A stretch of DNA of 51,064 bases from an uncultured bacterium (GTDB taxonomy: Bacteria > CSSED10-310 > CAZUFC01). How positions within the stretch are numbered: position 1 is the first letter of the stretch; each line of letters begins with the position of its first letter. Under the pieces are notes generated by a model. It was given only the letters and a program-made list of their open reading frames with translations, did not search any database and was not told the DNA's origin. A program made the position numbers and the translations under genes. The stretch lies in NCBI GenBank assembly GCA_964619725.1, contig CAZUFC010000030.1:19804-70867 (forward strand), written 5' to 3'. Positions 1 to 8,160 of this stretch are shown in pieces.

Positions 1-67
1 AACCCGGACGAAGTGCGATTAAAGTCGATATTGTCCCTCTTATTCGTGTGATTCGGGTGATTCGTGA
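1..67. repeat. Repeat family A copy 1, window-edge truncated. It shares gacgaagtgcgattaaagtcgatattgtccctcttattcgtgtgattcg with the other copies and carries ATTCGNGTG 9-mer direct repeats.
   Basis: 1-67 matches 487-553 with one mismatch. A third diverged copy lies at 50745-50816. The internal direct 9-mers are attcgtgtg / attcgggtg / attcgtg. Confidence 0.8.
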
Positions 68-127
68 TTACTGAAACAAACTGTCAAAAGCCTTTAAAGA
101 AGTGTAACCCCGGGTTGATCAGTCCCC
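66..127 (-). repeat. Family B MITE-like element, L-arm only in reverse orientation, fused to the family A repeat.
   Basis: gattactgaaacaaactgtcaaaagcctttaaagaagtgtaaccccgggttgatcagtcccc is the reverse complement of the conserved L arm (gactgatcaaacc..gttacacttctttaaaaactttcgacagtttgtttcagtaatc) seen at 8 other loci. Confidence 0.7.
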
Positions 128-196
128 AATTCAATAAGGTGATATTGAACCCTTGACCTGCAACGGCGCAGCCAAACGTAAAGTATGATCATTATG

Positions 197-330
197 CTCT
201 TCTCTTTTCGCGTGAATTCGCGTCAATTCGCGGACAAAAATTCTCTGGGAATGGTTTAATGATTTGCCGATCCAGGAATGGAGTTTTATTATCCGCGAAA
301 TTTCACGAATTCACGCGAAAAAGAGGGGTC
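197..330. repeat. Imperfect inverted repeat with about 30-bp arms and a 57-nt spacer, built from TTTCGCG / CGCGAAA and GAATTCGCG motifs.
   Basis: Arm 197-235 is ttttcgcgtgaattcgcgtcaattcgcgg and arm 292-330 is ccgcgaaatttcacgaattcacgcgaaaaa. One arm is a near reverse complement of the other. Confidence 0.6.
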
Positions 331-486
331 GTCGGAAAGGTCTGGGCGGGATATAAACGCAACTGCAGCATTTGACGGGTGAACCCAAAAAATTGTTTGT
401 CGTCCTTGACATATTTTGTGGTTTCCGGGTCCGTTCCTGCGCCCACACTCTGGATGAACTATTTCCCGGATATTCGTTCTGTCCAA

Positions 487-553
487 AACCCGGACGAAGT
501 GCGATTAAAGTCGATATTGTCCCTCTTATTCGTGTGATTCGCGTGATTCGTGG
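487..553. repeat. Repeat family A copy 2.
   Basis: It is a 67-bp near-identical direct repeat of positions 1-67. Confidence 0.85.
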
Positions 554-591
554 TTGCTTAAATTACCGCAGTTTGAATGAATGTTCATAAT

Positions 592-1329
592 TCAAGATAA
601 CAGTTCCTGTAATTCCGCCGCATTTTGGGCCGCATATCCGTTTTCGTCGTTATCGAAATAACAGAACACATCTTTACCGTCATCAGCCCACTTCCTGAAG
701 TCGCCTGCCAGATCCTTCAACATCTTTTTTTCATATTTTCCTTTGTAGGCGCCGTTCGGGCCGTGAAGCCTTACATAAACGAAGTCTGCGGTTATTTCCC
801 TTGCAGTGAACACGTCTTCAAAATGATATATGCAGAATGCCGCACCTTGTTCCGACAAAATCTCATAGATATCGTCGTTAAGCCAACTCTGGTCCCGGAA
901 CTCGAAAGCATATCTGTAACCATCCGGCAATGCCTTTAAAAAATTCTTCAATCGCTCTTCGTTCGCATTCCAATGTCCCGGCAATTGAAACAGCACAGGT
1001 CCGATTTTCTCGCCGAATTCTTTTATTCCTTTGAAAAATTTCCCCGTACTCTCTTCCGGGTCTTTCAGTTTTTTCATGTGAGTGATGTACCGGCTCGCTT
1101 TAACGGAAAAAATGAAATTATCCGGGACCGTTTCAAGCCAGGTTGTAATTTTCTTCTTATCAGGCAACTGATAGAAGGTGTTGTTCACCTCCACCGTCTG
1201 AAATTCTTTTATGTAAGTTTCCAGCATCTTCTTTTTATCGATGGCATCGGGATAATATTCGCCGATCCAATGATCGTAATTCCATCCCGATGTTCCGATA
1301 TGAATGTTTTTTTGCTTTTTCCCGGCCAT
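592..1329 (-). CDS. DUF72 (UPF0759) family protein.
   Basis: The 245-aa ORF has a typical DUF72 N-terminus (IGTSGWNYDHW...YYP) and family-typical length. An SD-like aagggag precedes the ATG. Confidence 0.85.
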   Translation of the reverse strand: MAGKKQKNIHIGTSGWNYDHWIGEYYPDAIDKKKMLETYIKEFQTVEVNNTFYQLPDKKKITTWLETVPDNFIFSVKASRYITHMKKLKDPEESTGKFFKGIKEFGEKIGPVLFQLPGHWNANEERLKNFLKALPDGYRYAFEFRDQSWLNDDIYEILSEQGAAFCIYHFEDVFTAREITADFVYVRLHGPNGAYKGKYEKKMLKDLAGDFRKWADDGKDVFCYFDNDENGYAAQNAAELQELLS

Positions 1330-1446
1330 TGCGAGTCTCCCTTTAACTTGAACGATAAGTGATATAGATGCGTGTCAACGTATCCGCTGTTACCGTCTCC
1401 TTTCTGTACAAAGACGACGGGTTAAAAATAATTTATGAAGGGGCGC

Positions 1447-3885
1447 CTATTCGTTTTCATTTTTTTTGCCTGCAGAGGCGAATTCCTTCAATTTATCGGC
1501 AAACCGTCGCAGTTTCCGGTCGACCAGGTAATTAACGGTGTCTTCCGGATAAGCGCCTTTTTCATCTTTTTCGCCGGCTTTTTTCCCCGTGAGAAGCTCG
1601 ATGCCTTCATCCACATGTCCGACAGGCCATACATGGAATTTGCCTTCTTTGACCGCTTCAATGACCTCTTCTCTGAGCGTCAGGTTATCCCTGTTGCTTT
1701 CGGGAATGAGAACGCCCTGGTCGCCGGTGAAGCCTTTATCCCTGCAGACGTAAAAGAAACCTTCGATTTTCTCGTTAATGCCTCCGACAGCCTGTATATT
1801 ACCGTATTGGTCCACGGAACCGGTAACCGCTATGCCTTGTTTCAGGGGCAAATCCGACAGAACCGAAAGGAGCGCGTAAAGCTCTGCAGACGAGGCGCTG
1901 TCGCCTTCCACGCCCTGGTAACTTTGTTCGAACACCAGTCTGGCAGCCAGCGATAACGGTATCTCGTGAGCGTATTTCTGGGAAAGGTAACCGCTCAAAA
2001 TGAGCACGCCTTTGCTGTGTATAGGACCGCCCAGTTTAGCTTCCCGTTCGATATCGATAATCCCTTCTCTTCCCGGAGCTATTCCCGCGGTTATCCTGGA
2101 AGGTCTGCCGAACTGGTAATCGCCGACATTGATGACCGACAAACCGTTGACCTGCCCTTTTTCGCTTCCCTCAACCTGGATGTGGAGAACGTCCCGCTTT
2201 ATCATCTCCTCTATTTTTTCCTGAATAAGGTTTGAACGATACCTTTTCTGATCAATGGCTTTTTTAATGTGAGAGGCCTCGATGTTATCCGCATTATCCT
2301 TCGAAGCCCAGAATGAAGCTTCCCTGATGACGTCCGCCACCGCTCCGAAATGAGTGGATATTTTTTTCTGATCACCCGCCAGTCTGACAGCATGTTCAAG
2401 CAATTTCGCAGCGCCGCCTGAATCAAGATGCTTCAATTCCTCCTTGCGACAGAAAGCGCTCACGGCGGTCATAAATTCGCAAATCTTCTGCTCATTGCAA
2501 TCCATAACCACATCATAGTGCGCCTTTACCTTGAACAATTCCGGCACGTCCTGGTCGTATGCCTGCATGATCAGATACACTAGAGGCCTGGCTATCAGCA
2601 ATATCTTGATATTCAACGGTATCGGCTGAGGCCGCAAACTCTTCGTCGACATGAAACCTAATCTTTCGCTTAATTCCTCCATTTCAATCTCACCCGACCT
2701 GATCGCTCGTTTTATACTTTCCCAGCTCATGAAATTGCGCAAAACATCTTCTGCCTGCAATACCAGGTAACCGCCGTTAGCCTGATGAAACGCTCCGGGT
2801 TTTATCAAAGTATGGTCGGTTATGAATGCCCCCATCTTCATTTCCTTCTCTATGCGTCCGAAAAGATGAGGATAACTGGGATTCAGCTCTGTAACCACAG
2901 GAGCGCCTTCCTGTTTACTGTTGTCTATCAAAACGTTGACCTTGTATTTTTTGAACATCTCATTCGTTGAATTCTGCATCTTGCCCCCGAGTTGAAGGGT
3001 TTGTCCGCCTCCTCCGCCTCCCTGCTGTTTCTGCTGCTGTTCCTTTTTGAACGCCGATATGTTTTCCACTATGTCCTCTTTGACTTCATCCAGGTATGCC
3101 GTAACATCTTCCAGGTCCGAATATTTTTCTTTGAAATCCTCGATTATGCCGCCCGTCAGATTCAAAGCCACCTGCTTGTCGAGCTCCTGCAGTTTATCCC
3201 GAGCCTCACGCTCCTGCTTCCGTATCTTCTTGGTCGCTTCATTCAACTCCTTCTGCAACTCCTTACGGCGTTCGTTATATTCCTCACGCTCCGATTCCGG
3301 CAGTTTCCGGAATTCATCCTCGTTCAGCTTCTTTCCCTCCTTCGTCGGAAATATCATTATGCCCATGGGACTCGCCTGTAATGTAAATCCAGCCTTCTCC
3401 GCCTTCTCCTTCAGTTCGTCCGATACTGCTTCCCGCTTCATGTTCAATGAATTCGTTATCTCTTCACGTTTGGCCGTATATTCCTCACTCTCAAACGCTA
3501 CAGGCAAATCACGGCGTATGTTGTCGATCAGTTCCTCCATGTCCTTTTTAAACTCACGCCCTTTGCCCGGAGGCAAAGATACCGCCTTGGGCTTATAGGA
3601 ATCCTCGAAATTATTCACATAACACCAGTCCCAAGGCGTTTCCTTTTTCTCCGCTATCTTCTCCAGAAAATTCTCCACCGTGCTCATCTTACCTATTCCA
3701 GGAGGTCCCACCACAAATATATTGAATCCCTCGTCGCCTATTTCAAGGCCGAATTGCAAGGCCGAAACCGCTCGCTCCTGACCTATTATTCCGGAAACAT
3801 GATCGCATTCCTCTGTAGTAATGATTCCTAATTCTTCTGGATCGAAAGTCCTGTAAAGTTTCTCCGCCGAAATCTCCTGTACCAT
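1447..3885 (-). CDS. Lon-like protease with an AAA+ module bearing a degenerate Walker A motif and a long coiled-coil insertion, followed by a C-terminal S16 peptidase domain (LonC-like).
   Basis: The N-terminal region reads GPPGIGKMST, a Lon-type Walker A with M in place of S/T. A charged coiled-coil insert of about 200 aa includes a QQQKQQGGGGGGQ tract. The C-terminus carries the Lon dyad context DSASSAELYALLS ... GGINEK. I place the start at ATG 3885, where an SD (aaggag) lies 6 nt upstream. The ORF track extends it to a TTG at 3924. Confidence 0.8.
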   Translation of the reverse strand: MVQEISAEKLYRTFDPEELGIITTEECDHVSGIIGQERAVSALQFGLEIGDEGFNIFVVGPPGIGKMSTVENFLEKIAEKKETPWDWCYVNNFEDSYKPKAVSLPPGKGREFKKDMEELIDNIRRDLPVAFESEEYTAKREEITNSLNMKREAVSDELKEKAEKAGFTLQASPMGIMIFPTKEGKKLNEDEFRKLPESEREEYNERRKELQKELNEATKKIRKQEREARDKLQELDKQVALNLTGGIIEDFKEKYSDLEDVTAYLDEVKEDIVENISAFKKEQQQKQQGGGGGGQTLQLGGKMQNSTNEMFKKYKVNVLIDNSKQEGAPVVTELNPSYPHLFGRIEKEMKMGAFITDHTLIKPGAFHQANGGYLVLQAEDVLRNFMSWESIKRAIRSGEIEMEELSERLGFMSTKSLRPQPIPLNIKILLIARPLVYLIMQAYDQDVPELFKVKAHYDVVMDCNEQKICEFMTAVSAFCRKEELKHLDSGGAAKLLEHAVRLAGDQKKISTHFGAVADVIREASFWASKDNADNIEASHIKKAIDQKRYRSNLIQEKIEEMIKRDVLHIQVEGSEKGQVNGLSVINVGDYQFGRPSRITAGIAPGREGIIDIEREAKLGGPIHSKGVLILSGYLSQKYAHEIPLSLAARLVFEQSYQGVEGDSASSAELYALLSVLSDLPLKQGIAVTGSVDQYGNIQAVGGINEKIEGFFYVCRDKGFTGDQGVLIPESNRDNLTLREEVIEAVKEGKFHVWPVGHVDEGIELLTGKKAGEKDEKGAYPEDTVNYLVDRKLRRFADKLKEFASAGKKNENE

Positions 3886-3928
3886 GGTCTTTCTCCTTTC
3901 CGAGTATGGAAATTTAACCGTCAAAAAT

Positions 3929-3948
3929 TAAGCAATAAATGTACCGTT
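3929..3948 (-). promoter_or_regulatory. Sigma-54-like -24/-12 element, cGGTACa-N4-TTGCT, reading on the minus strand.
   Basis: GG-N10-GC spacing is exact, with one mismatch to TGGCAC. It sits about 45 nt upstream of the Lon-like ATG at 3885. Confidence 0.45.
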
Positions 3949-3989
3949 ATGAAATTAATCAACGGCAAAACCCGACAGGACGAAGTTCA

Positions 3990-4095
3990 TTCGTCATCGG
4001 CTATTGACCATTGAAAATTGAACATTGATAATTAATCCATTAAACATTAACCATTTACTATTAGCCTTTAACCATTAACCATCGCCCATCAACCA
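3990..4095. repeat. Repeat family D copy 1, a tract of CATTGA(A/C)CATTGG / CCATTAAC-type direct repeats.
   Basis: The tract reads ctattgaccattgaaaattgaacattgataattaatccattaaacattaaccatt...aaccattaaccatcgcccatcaacc. A related tract lies at 8895-9050. Confidence 0.6.
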
Positions 4096-4313
4096 ATATA
4101 GCCGACGGTTCTGATCGAACGCGTTCAGGATTTCAGAATCATAAAATTTCACATCTCCCGACATTCGCCAATAAAAAATTGTCAGTCAATGTCAGGATGT
4201 GTGAAGTTAGAAGAAGTTCGAATTATACTTAGAAGTTTTTCTATACCTTCTGCCGGTAAATAAAGAGCATATGGACCGGTGAGCGCTGACCCGGATTCAG
4301 GCATTGATTAAAA

Positions 4314-4474
4314 AGGCTTCGTTTGAGGTTACAATTCTACAGAATATCTAATCATTTTTTTTTCGCTTGCGATACCGAACCCGATACCGACCGTGACCCC
4401 GATACGGAACCCGATTACTGAAACAAACTGTAAAAAGTTTTGAAAGAAGTGTAATTCCGGTCTGATCAGTCCCC
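4314..4474 (-). repeat. Family B MITE-like element, full copy in reverse orientation: R arm, an (NTCGGN)n core of about 8 units, then L arm.
   Basis: gtttgaggttacaattctacagaatatctaatcattttt ... gataccgaacccgataccgaccgtgaccccgatacggaacccg ... attactgaaacaaactgtaaaaagttttgaaagaagtgtaattccggtctgatcagtcccc. Confidence 0.8.
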
Positions 4475-4477
4475 GGA

Positions 4478-4625
4478 TTTCTCATAAAAAACCTCGTACA
4501 AGCGTCCATATCCCAGCATCTTCAAGCGCTGTTATGCTTCCGCAGTCCTCCGGTCTGCCGCGCTCGAATCAACGGGAATCAGTAAGCATTCACTACGATT
4601 TTGTATTAGAAATCTGTACTGAAAT
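4478..4625. repeat. Repeat family C copy 1, about 150 bp, containing atgcttccgcagtcctccggtctgccgcgctcgaatc..gggaatc.
   Basis: It aligns with 43622-43790, sharing ggatttctcata..aacc, ccatatccc.gca, the atgcttccgcagtcctccggtc core, gggaatc and a tcactac.atttt tail. Both copies lie upstream of plus-strand genes. Confidence 0.7.
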
Positions 4626-4745
4626 TTTGCTCACAGCTTTCGGCATCCGTTTGGCATAATACTCGCACTGTAAATGGGATGAAAAGTCATGAACTGTTTT
4701 GAACGGTTCACAAAATCAAGAACCGAAAGAAAGGAGCTGATATTT

Positions 4746-5402
4746 TTGGATAACGAAAAAATCAAAAAAGACGTTGTTGAGCAATTGTACTGGGACAGCC
4801 GCGTCAACGCATCGAATGTTCAGGTAAAGGTAGAAAACGGTGAGGTGCAATTAGACGGCAGCGTTCCGACTTTTAATGCACGTCTGGCTGCGCGGATGGA
4901 TGCCTGGATGGTTCCGGGCGTAAAGGCTGTGGATAATAACTTGAACGTCAGGTTTCCTGAAACGGTTCCGTTGCCGAATGATGCAGAGATGGCGGACAAC
5001 ATACGGAACATGCTGAGATGGCATCCTGATATCGATGATTCTCATATAGAAATTTCGGTGAATGCGGGTTTAGTGACGTTAAGAGGAAATGTGGCCACGT
5101 ATTGGGAAAAATTAATAGCGCCGGATTCGGCGACCAACGTCAACGGCGTATTGGACGTCAAGAACGAGTTGACGGTGGTTCCTACGGAGAATTACGTGGA
5201 CCAGGCCATAGGCGACGATATTATGGCGGCCTATGAGAGAAACATTTACATCAATCCTGAAGATATTGACGTGAAGGTTATGAACGGAAAAGTTTCGCTG
5301 TCTGGAACGGTACCGGACTGGATAGCCTACCGGGCCGCTATGAATGTGGCGGAATTGACTGCAGGCGTCACTGACGTAACCGACAACCTGAGAATCGCTT
5401 AA
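4746..5402 (+). CDS. BON-domain protein with three BON domains (OsmY-like), paralog 1.
   Basis: The three BON repeats are VVEQLYWDSRVNASNVQV, IRNMLRWHPDIDDSHIEI and IMAAYERNIYINPEDIDV. It is about 60% identical to the ORF at 8161-8817. A TTG start at 4746 with an aaggag SD gives 218 aa, the same length as the paralog. The alternative ATG at 4689 leaves no SD. Confidence 0.8.
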   Translation: MDNEKIKKDVVEQLYWDSRVNASNVQVKVENGEVQLDGSVPTFNARLAARMDAWMVPGVKAVDNNLNVRFPETVPLPNDAEMADNIRNMLRWHPDIDDSHIEISVNAGLVTLRGNVATYWEKLIAPDSATNVNGVLDVKNELTVVPTENYVDQAIGDDIMAAYERNIYINPEDIDVKVMNGKVSLSGTVPDWIAYRAAMNVAELTAGVTDVTDNLRIA

Positions 5403-5485
5403 TGACCTCGCTTCTATTTTTGCGCAAAATGAAACGAATTGAAACTCAAAATCACTCCAATTCTATTTGAGAGGAGGAAGACCAA

Positions 5486-5929
5486 ATGGCTTTATTGCCC
5501 ATTAAAAGAAGGAGACGAGAGGGAATGACCAGGTTCCCTGATGAATTTGAGAGCTTGCTTGACAGGTTCTTCGGAGAAACGGAGTTCCCCTGGATCGAAA
5601 AGGCTTATCGTCCCATCGTGGACATAGCCGACAAAGACGGAGAGATAGTAGTAAACGCAGAAATTCCGGGTTGCGACCCAAAGGATATCGAACTTTCCAT
5701 TCACGGCAATACTTTGACTTTGAAAGGGGAAAAAAAGGACAAATCCGAAATCAAAGAAGACGATTACTATCATATGGAAAGTTATCGCGGGACCTTTCGA
5801 CGGGACATGATGATTCCTTCTGAAGTGGATGCGGACAAGATCGAAGCGAAATGCAAAGACGGCGTTCTGACGATAAAGATGCCGAAAACCGAGAAGGAAC
5901 AGTCGAAAAAAATCGACATAGAATCATGA
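5486..5929 (+). CDS. Hsp20 / alpha-crystallin family small heat-shock protein.
   Basis: The 147-aa ORF has an alpha-crystallin domain (DIADKDGEIVVNAEIPGCDPKDIELSIHGNTLTLKGEK ... GTFRRDMMIPSEVDADKIEAKCKDGVLTIKMPK). A gaggagg SD precedes the ATG. Confidence 0.9.
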   Translation: MALLPIKRRRREGMTRFPDEFESLLDRFFGETEFPWIEKAYRPIVDIADKDGEIVVNAEIPGCDPKDIELSIHGNTLTLKGEKKDKSEIKEDDYYHMESYRGTFRRDMMIPSEVDADKIEAKCKDGVLTIKMPKTEKEQSKKIDIES

Positions 5930-6100
5930 ATCATGTTTACCCGGTGTCTGTCCGCAGTTTCTTCAACCAGGAAAACAGGGCCAGGCGCCGACTAACCCGA
6001 TTCAATTCATCGCATACGATCCGGCAATTGGAAGGAAGCGGAACGGCAAAGTCCGTTCCGCTCGCCGGACGATCATAATGTTTTCAGAAAGGACGGAAAA

Positions 6101-6886
6101 ATGCTGAGAAGCACAACGGCAATTTACGGATATAAAATTCACGTATTGGACGGCGAACTTGGAAAAGTGCATGATTTCTTTTTCGACGACGAAAAATGGG
6201 TCATTCGTTACCTTGTCGCAGAAACGGGAAGCTGGCTGAACAAAAGAAAAGTCCTTATTTCCACTCACTCACTGGGAAAACCTGACTGGGCTTCCTTCAC
6301 ATTCTTCGTGAACTTGAAAAAGGAACAGGTGGAAAACAGCCCTCCGGTCGATATTGATAAACCGGTTTCCAGGCGTTACGAGGAAAAACTGCACAGTCAT
6401 TTCGGATGGCCGGTCTATTGGGCCGGTACCCTGGCGCCGGGACCGCCGCCCATCAGTCCCGCTTATCCGCCCATTAAATCAAGAGAAAAAAAAGAACCCA
6501 TGACAACGGATAAATTCTCCGACGTGCAAACCCCCGAAACTCCTGAAGAAAAAACCCGCATCAGAAGCATGAAGGAAGTCACGGGATATTACATCGGCGC
6601 CAAAGACGGAGAAATTGGACATGCCGATGATTTCATCGTTAATGACGACGACTGGGGAATTTACTACATGGTCGTGGATACGCGCAACTGGCTTCCCGGA
6701 AGAAAAGTGCTGGTCTCCAGGTCCTGGATCGAAGACATCATCTGGCAGGACAGAAAAATATTCGTGGACCTGCGTCGTGATGCCATCAAAAAGAGTCCCG
6801 AATTCAATCCTTCCGAACCCGTTAACCGGGAATACGAAGCCCGATTATACGACTACTACGGACGGCCGAAATACTGGCAGGAATAA
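6101..6886 (+). CDS. Tandem PRC-barrel domain protein.
   Basis: Two repeats of the PRC-barrel signature (YKIHVLDGELGKVHDFFFDDEKWVIRYLVAE..; YYIGAKDGEIGHADDFIVNDDDWGIYYMVVD..) are separated by a Pro-rich linker. Confidence 0.8.
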   Translation: MLRSTTAIYGYKIHVLDGELGKVHDFFFDDEKWVIRYLVAETGSWLNKRKVLISTHSLGKPDWASFTFFVNLKKEQVENSPPVDIDKPVSRRYEEKLHSHFGWPVYWAGTLAPGPPPISPAYPPIKSREKKEPMTTDKFSDVQTPETPEEKTRIRSMKEVTGYYIGAKDGEIGHADDFIVNDDDWGIYYMVVDTRNWLPGRKVLVSRSWIEDIIWQDRKIFVDLRRDAIKKSPEFNPSEPVNREYEARLYDYYGRPKYWQE

Positions 6887-7057
6887 CGACGGAAGACATT
6901 TCCCATCTTCAGCGATGATACTAAAACGACAACAGGATCGCGCCGATTTTCGGAAATAAAAGGCGATTCTTAGTATCCTAATGGAATATGATTCAGAACT
7001 ATGGTGCATGCTAAAAAATGTCCGAAATCGTCTTATTGTTCGATAAAAATCAAATCG

Positions 7058-7128
7058 AGGTTGGTATCAGTATCGCAATCGAAATAAAATGAGGGGAGAT
7101 TCTGGCGAATTGTAACCTCGAAAGAGAT
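7058..7128 (+). repeat. Family B MITE-like element, partial copy consisting of a short core and the R arm.
   Basis: ggttggtatcagtatcgcaatcgaaataaaatgaggggagattctggcgaattgtaacctcgaaagag matches the R-arm consensus atcgaaacaaaatgatgggagattctgcgaattgtaacctcaaaagac. Confidence 0.7.
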
Positions 7129-7256
7129 ATTGGCGATCAATGCCGAAAAATGGAGGAGGAAGTTGAAAAGACGGTAATCTCAGAATATTCGATGTTTCCG
7201 ATCCTTATAACCCCATCGAAGCCGCGGTTCACGGCACATATACGCCCTGGAGAATA

Positions 7257-8063
7257 GTGATCTCCGGACGATACGCCTATGTAATCGAGGGCGTCGCTAA
7301 TGAATCGGACATCCTTCACATTCTGGACATCACGAACCCTGTTGATCCGCAGGAATTAGGAACGCATACCTTCAACGCATCGGACCTTGTTTGGGACCTG
7401 GTGATTGACGACGATATCTTATACGTAGCTAACGACGACGGCGGATTGAGATTGCTTGACGTTTCCGATCCTCTGAATCCGCAGGAAGCAGGAACATATA
7501 ATATTCTCGCTGCCATGGACATTGTCGTTCGCAATGATGTCGCTTTCCTGGCTTCCGGCGACTGGGAAGGCGGATTCCTTACGCTGGACGTCAGCGATCC
7601 GACTTCTCCCTCTCTTATCGGCTTATACGAAGACCTGGGGTTCATTTCTGTCCGCGTAGACGTCTCCGGTAATTACGCATTCGTTTCTGAATATGAATAC
7701 CTCTATCTCTTCGATATTTCCTCCCTGCAGAATCCAATCCTGCTGGATTCCATTGAACTGTCTCAAATCTGCACCGAACTTACCGCTATGGATAATCTCG
7801 CCTTCCTATCCAATGCCGATGCCGGCATACAGGTCTTCCAGAATACTTTAATTCAAACTTCCCCCACTCCACACATCTCTCCCTCCCCCACACATACGCC
7901 AACTGCCGTACCGCCGCAAGTCCCGGCAAACTCCCCTTTCGGAATACTCGTATTATTCATTCTGTTCAGCGCCTTTTACGGATACTTAATCCTCAAAAGA
8001 CGACTCCTGTCTGCAGAAGTTTCCATTTTCCAGGTCCATCGAAAAGGTGAACGGTACCGGTAA
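7257..8063 (+). CDS. LVIVD-repeat protein, N-terminally truncated or atypically started, with a P/T-rich linker and a C-terminal PGF-CTERM/PEP-CTERM-like sorting tail.
   Basis: LVIVD-type repeats (DVSDPLNP..., LDVSDPTSP...) are present. The frame is open upstream to 7176 (..FDVSDPYNPIEAAVHGTY..) with no ATG or signal peptide. The only start is a GTG at 7257. The C-terminus reads PTPHISPSPTHTPTAVPPQVPANSPFGILVLFILFSAFYGYLILKRR. Confidence 0.6.
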   Translation: MISGRYAYVIEGVANESDILHILDITNPVDPQELGTHTFNASDLVWDLVIDDDILYVANDDGGLRLLDVSDPLNPQEAGTYNILAAMDIVVRNDVAFLASGDWEGGFLTLDVSDPTSPSLIGLYEDLGFISVRVDVSGNYAFVSEYEYLYLFDISSLQNPILLDSIELSQICTELTAMDNLAFLSNADAGIQVFQNTLIQTSPTPHISPSPTHTPTAVPPQVPANSPFGILVLFILFSAFYGYLILKRRLLSAEVSIFQVHRKGERYR

Positions 8064-8160
8064 AACCATGAAATGATAAATGCAATTTTACAATTATGGA
8101 TGGAGTGTCGTTTCTGTTCATATTTGACCTTGGTACAGAAAAAAAAGGAGTTGATTATCA

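Noticed and set aside
372-590. A 72-aa plus-strand ORF and a 65-aa minus-strand ORF (289-486) in the first 600 bp.
   Set aside because: Both are assembled from repeat families A/B and the 197-330 inverted repeat. There is no SD or domain. I treat them as non-coding pending expression data.
3047-3598. Plus-strand ORFs of 183 aa and 129 aa inside the Lon-like gene.
   Set aside because: They are antisense shadows of the coiled-coil-coding segment. The translations are Ser/Leu/Phe-rich and low-complexity.
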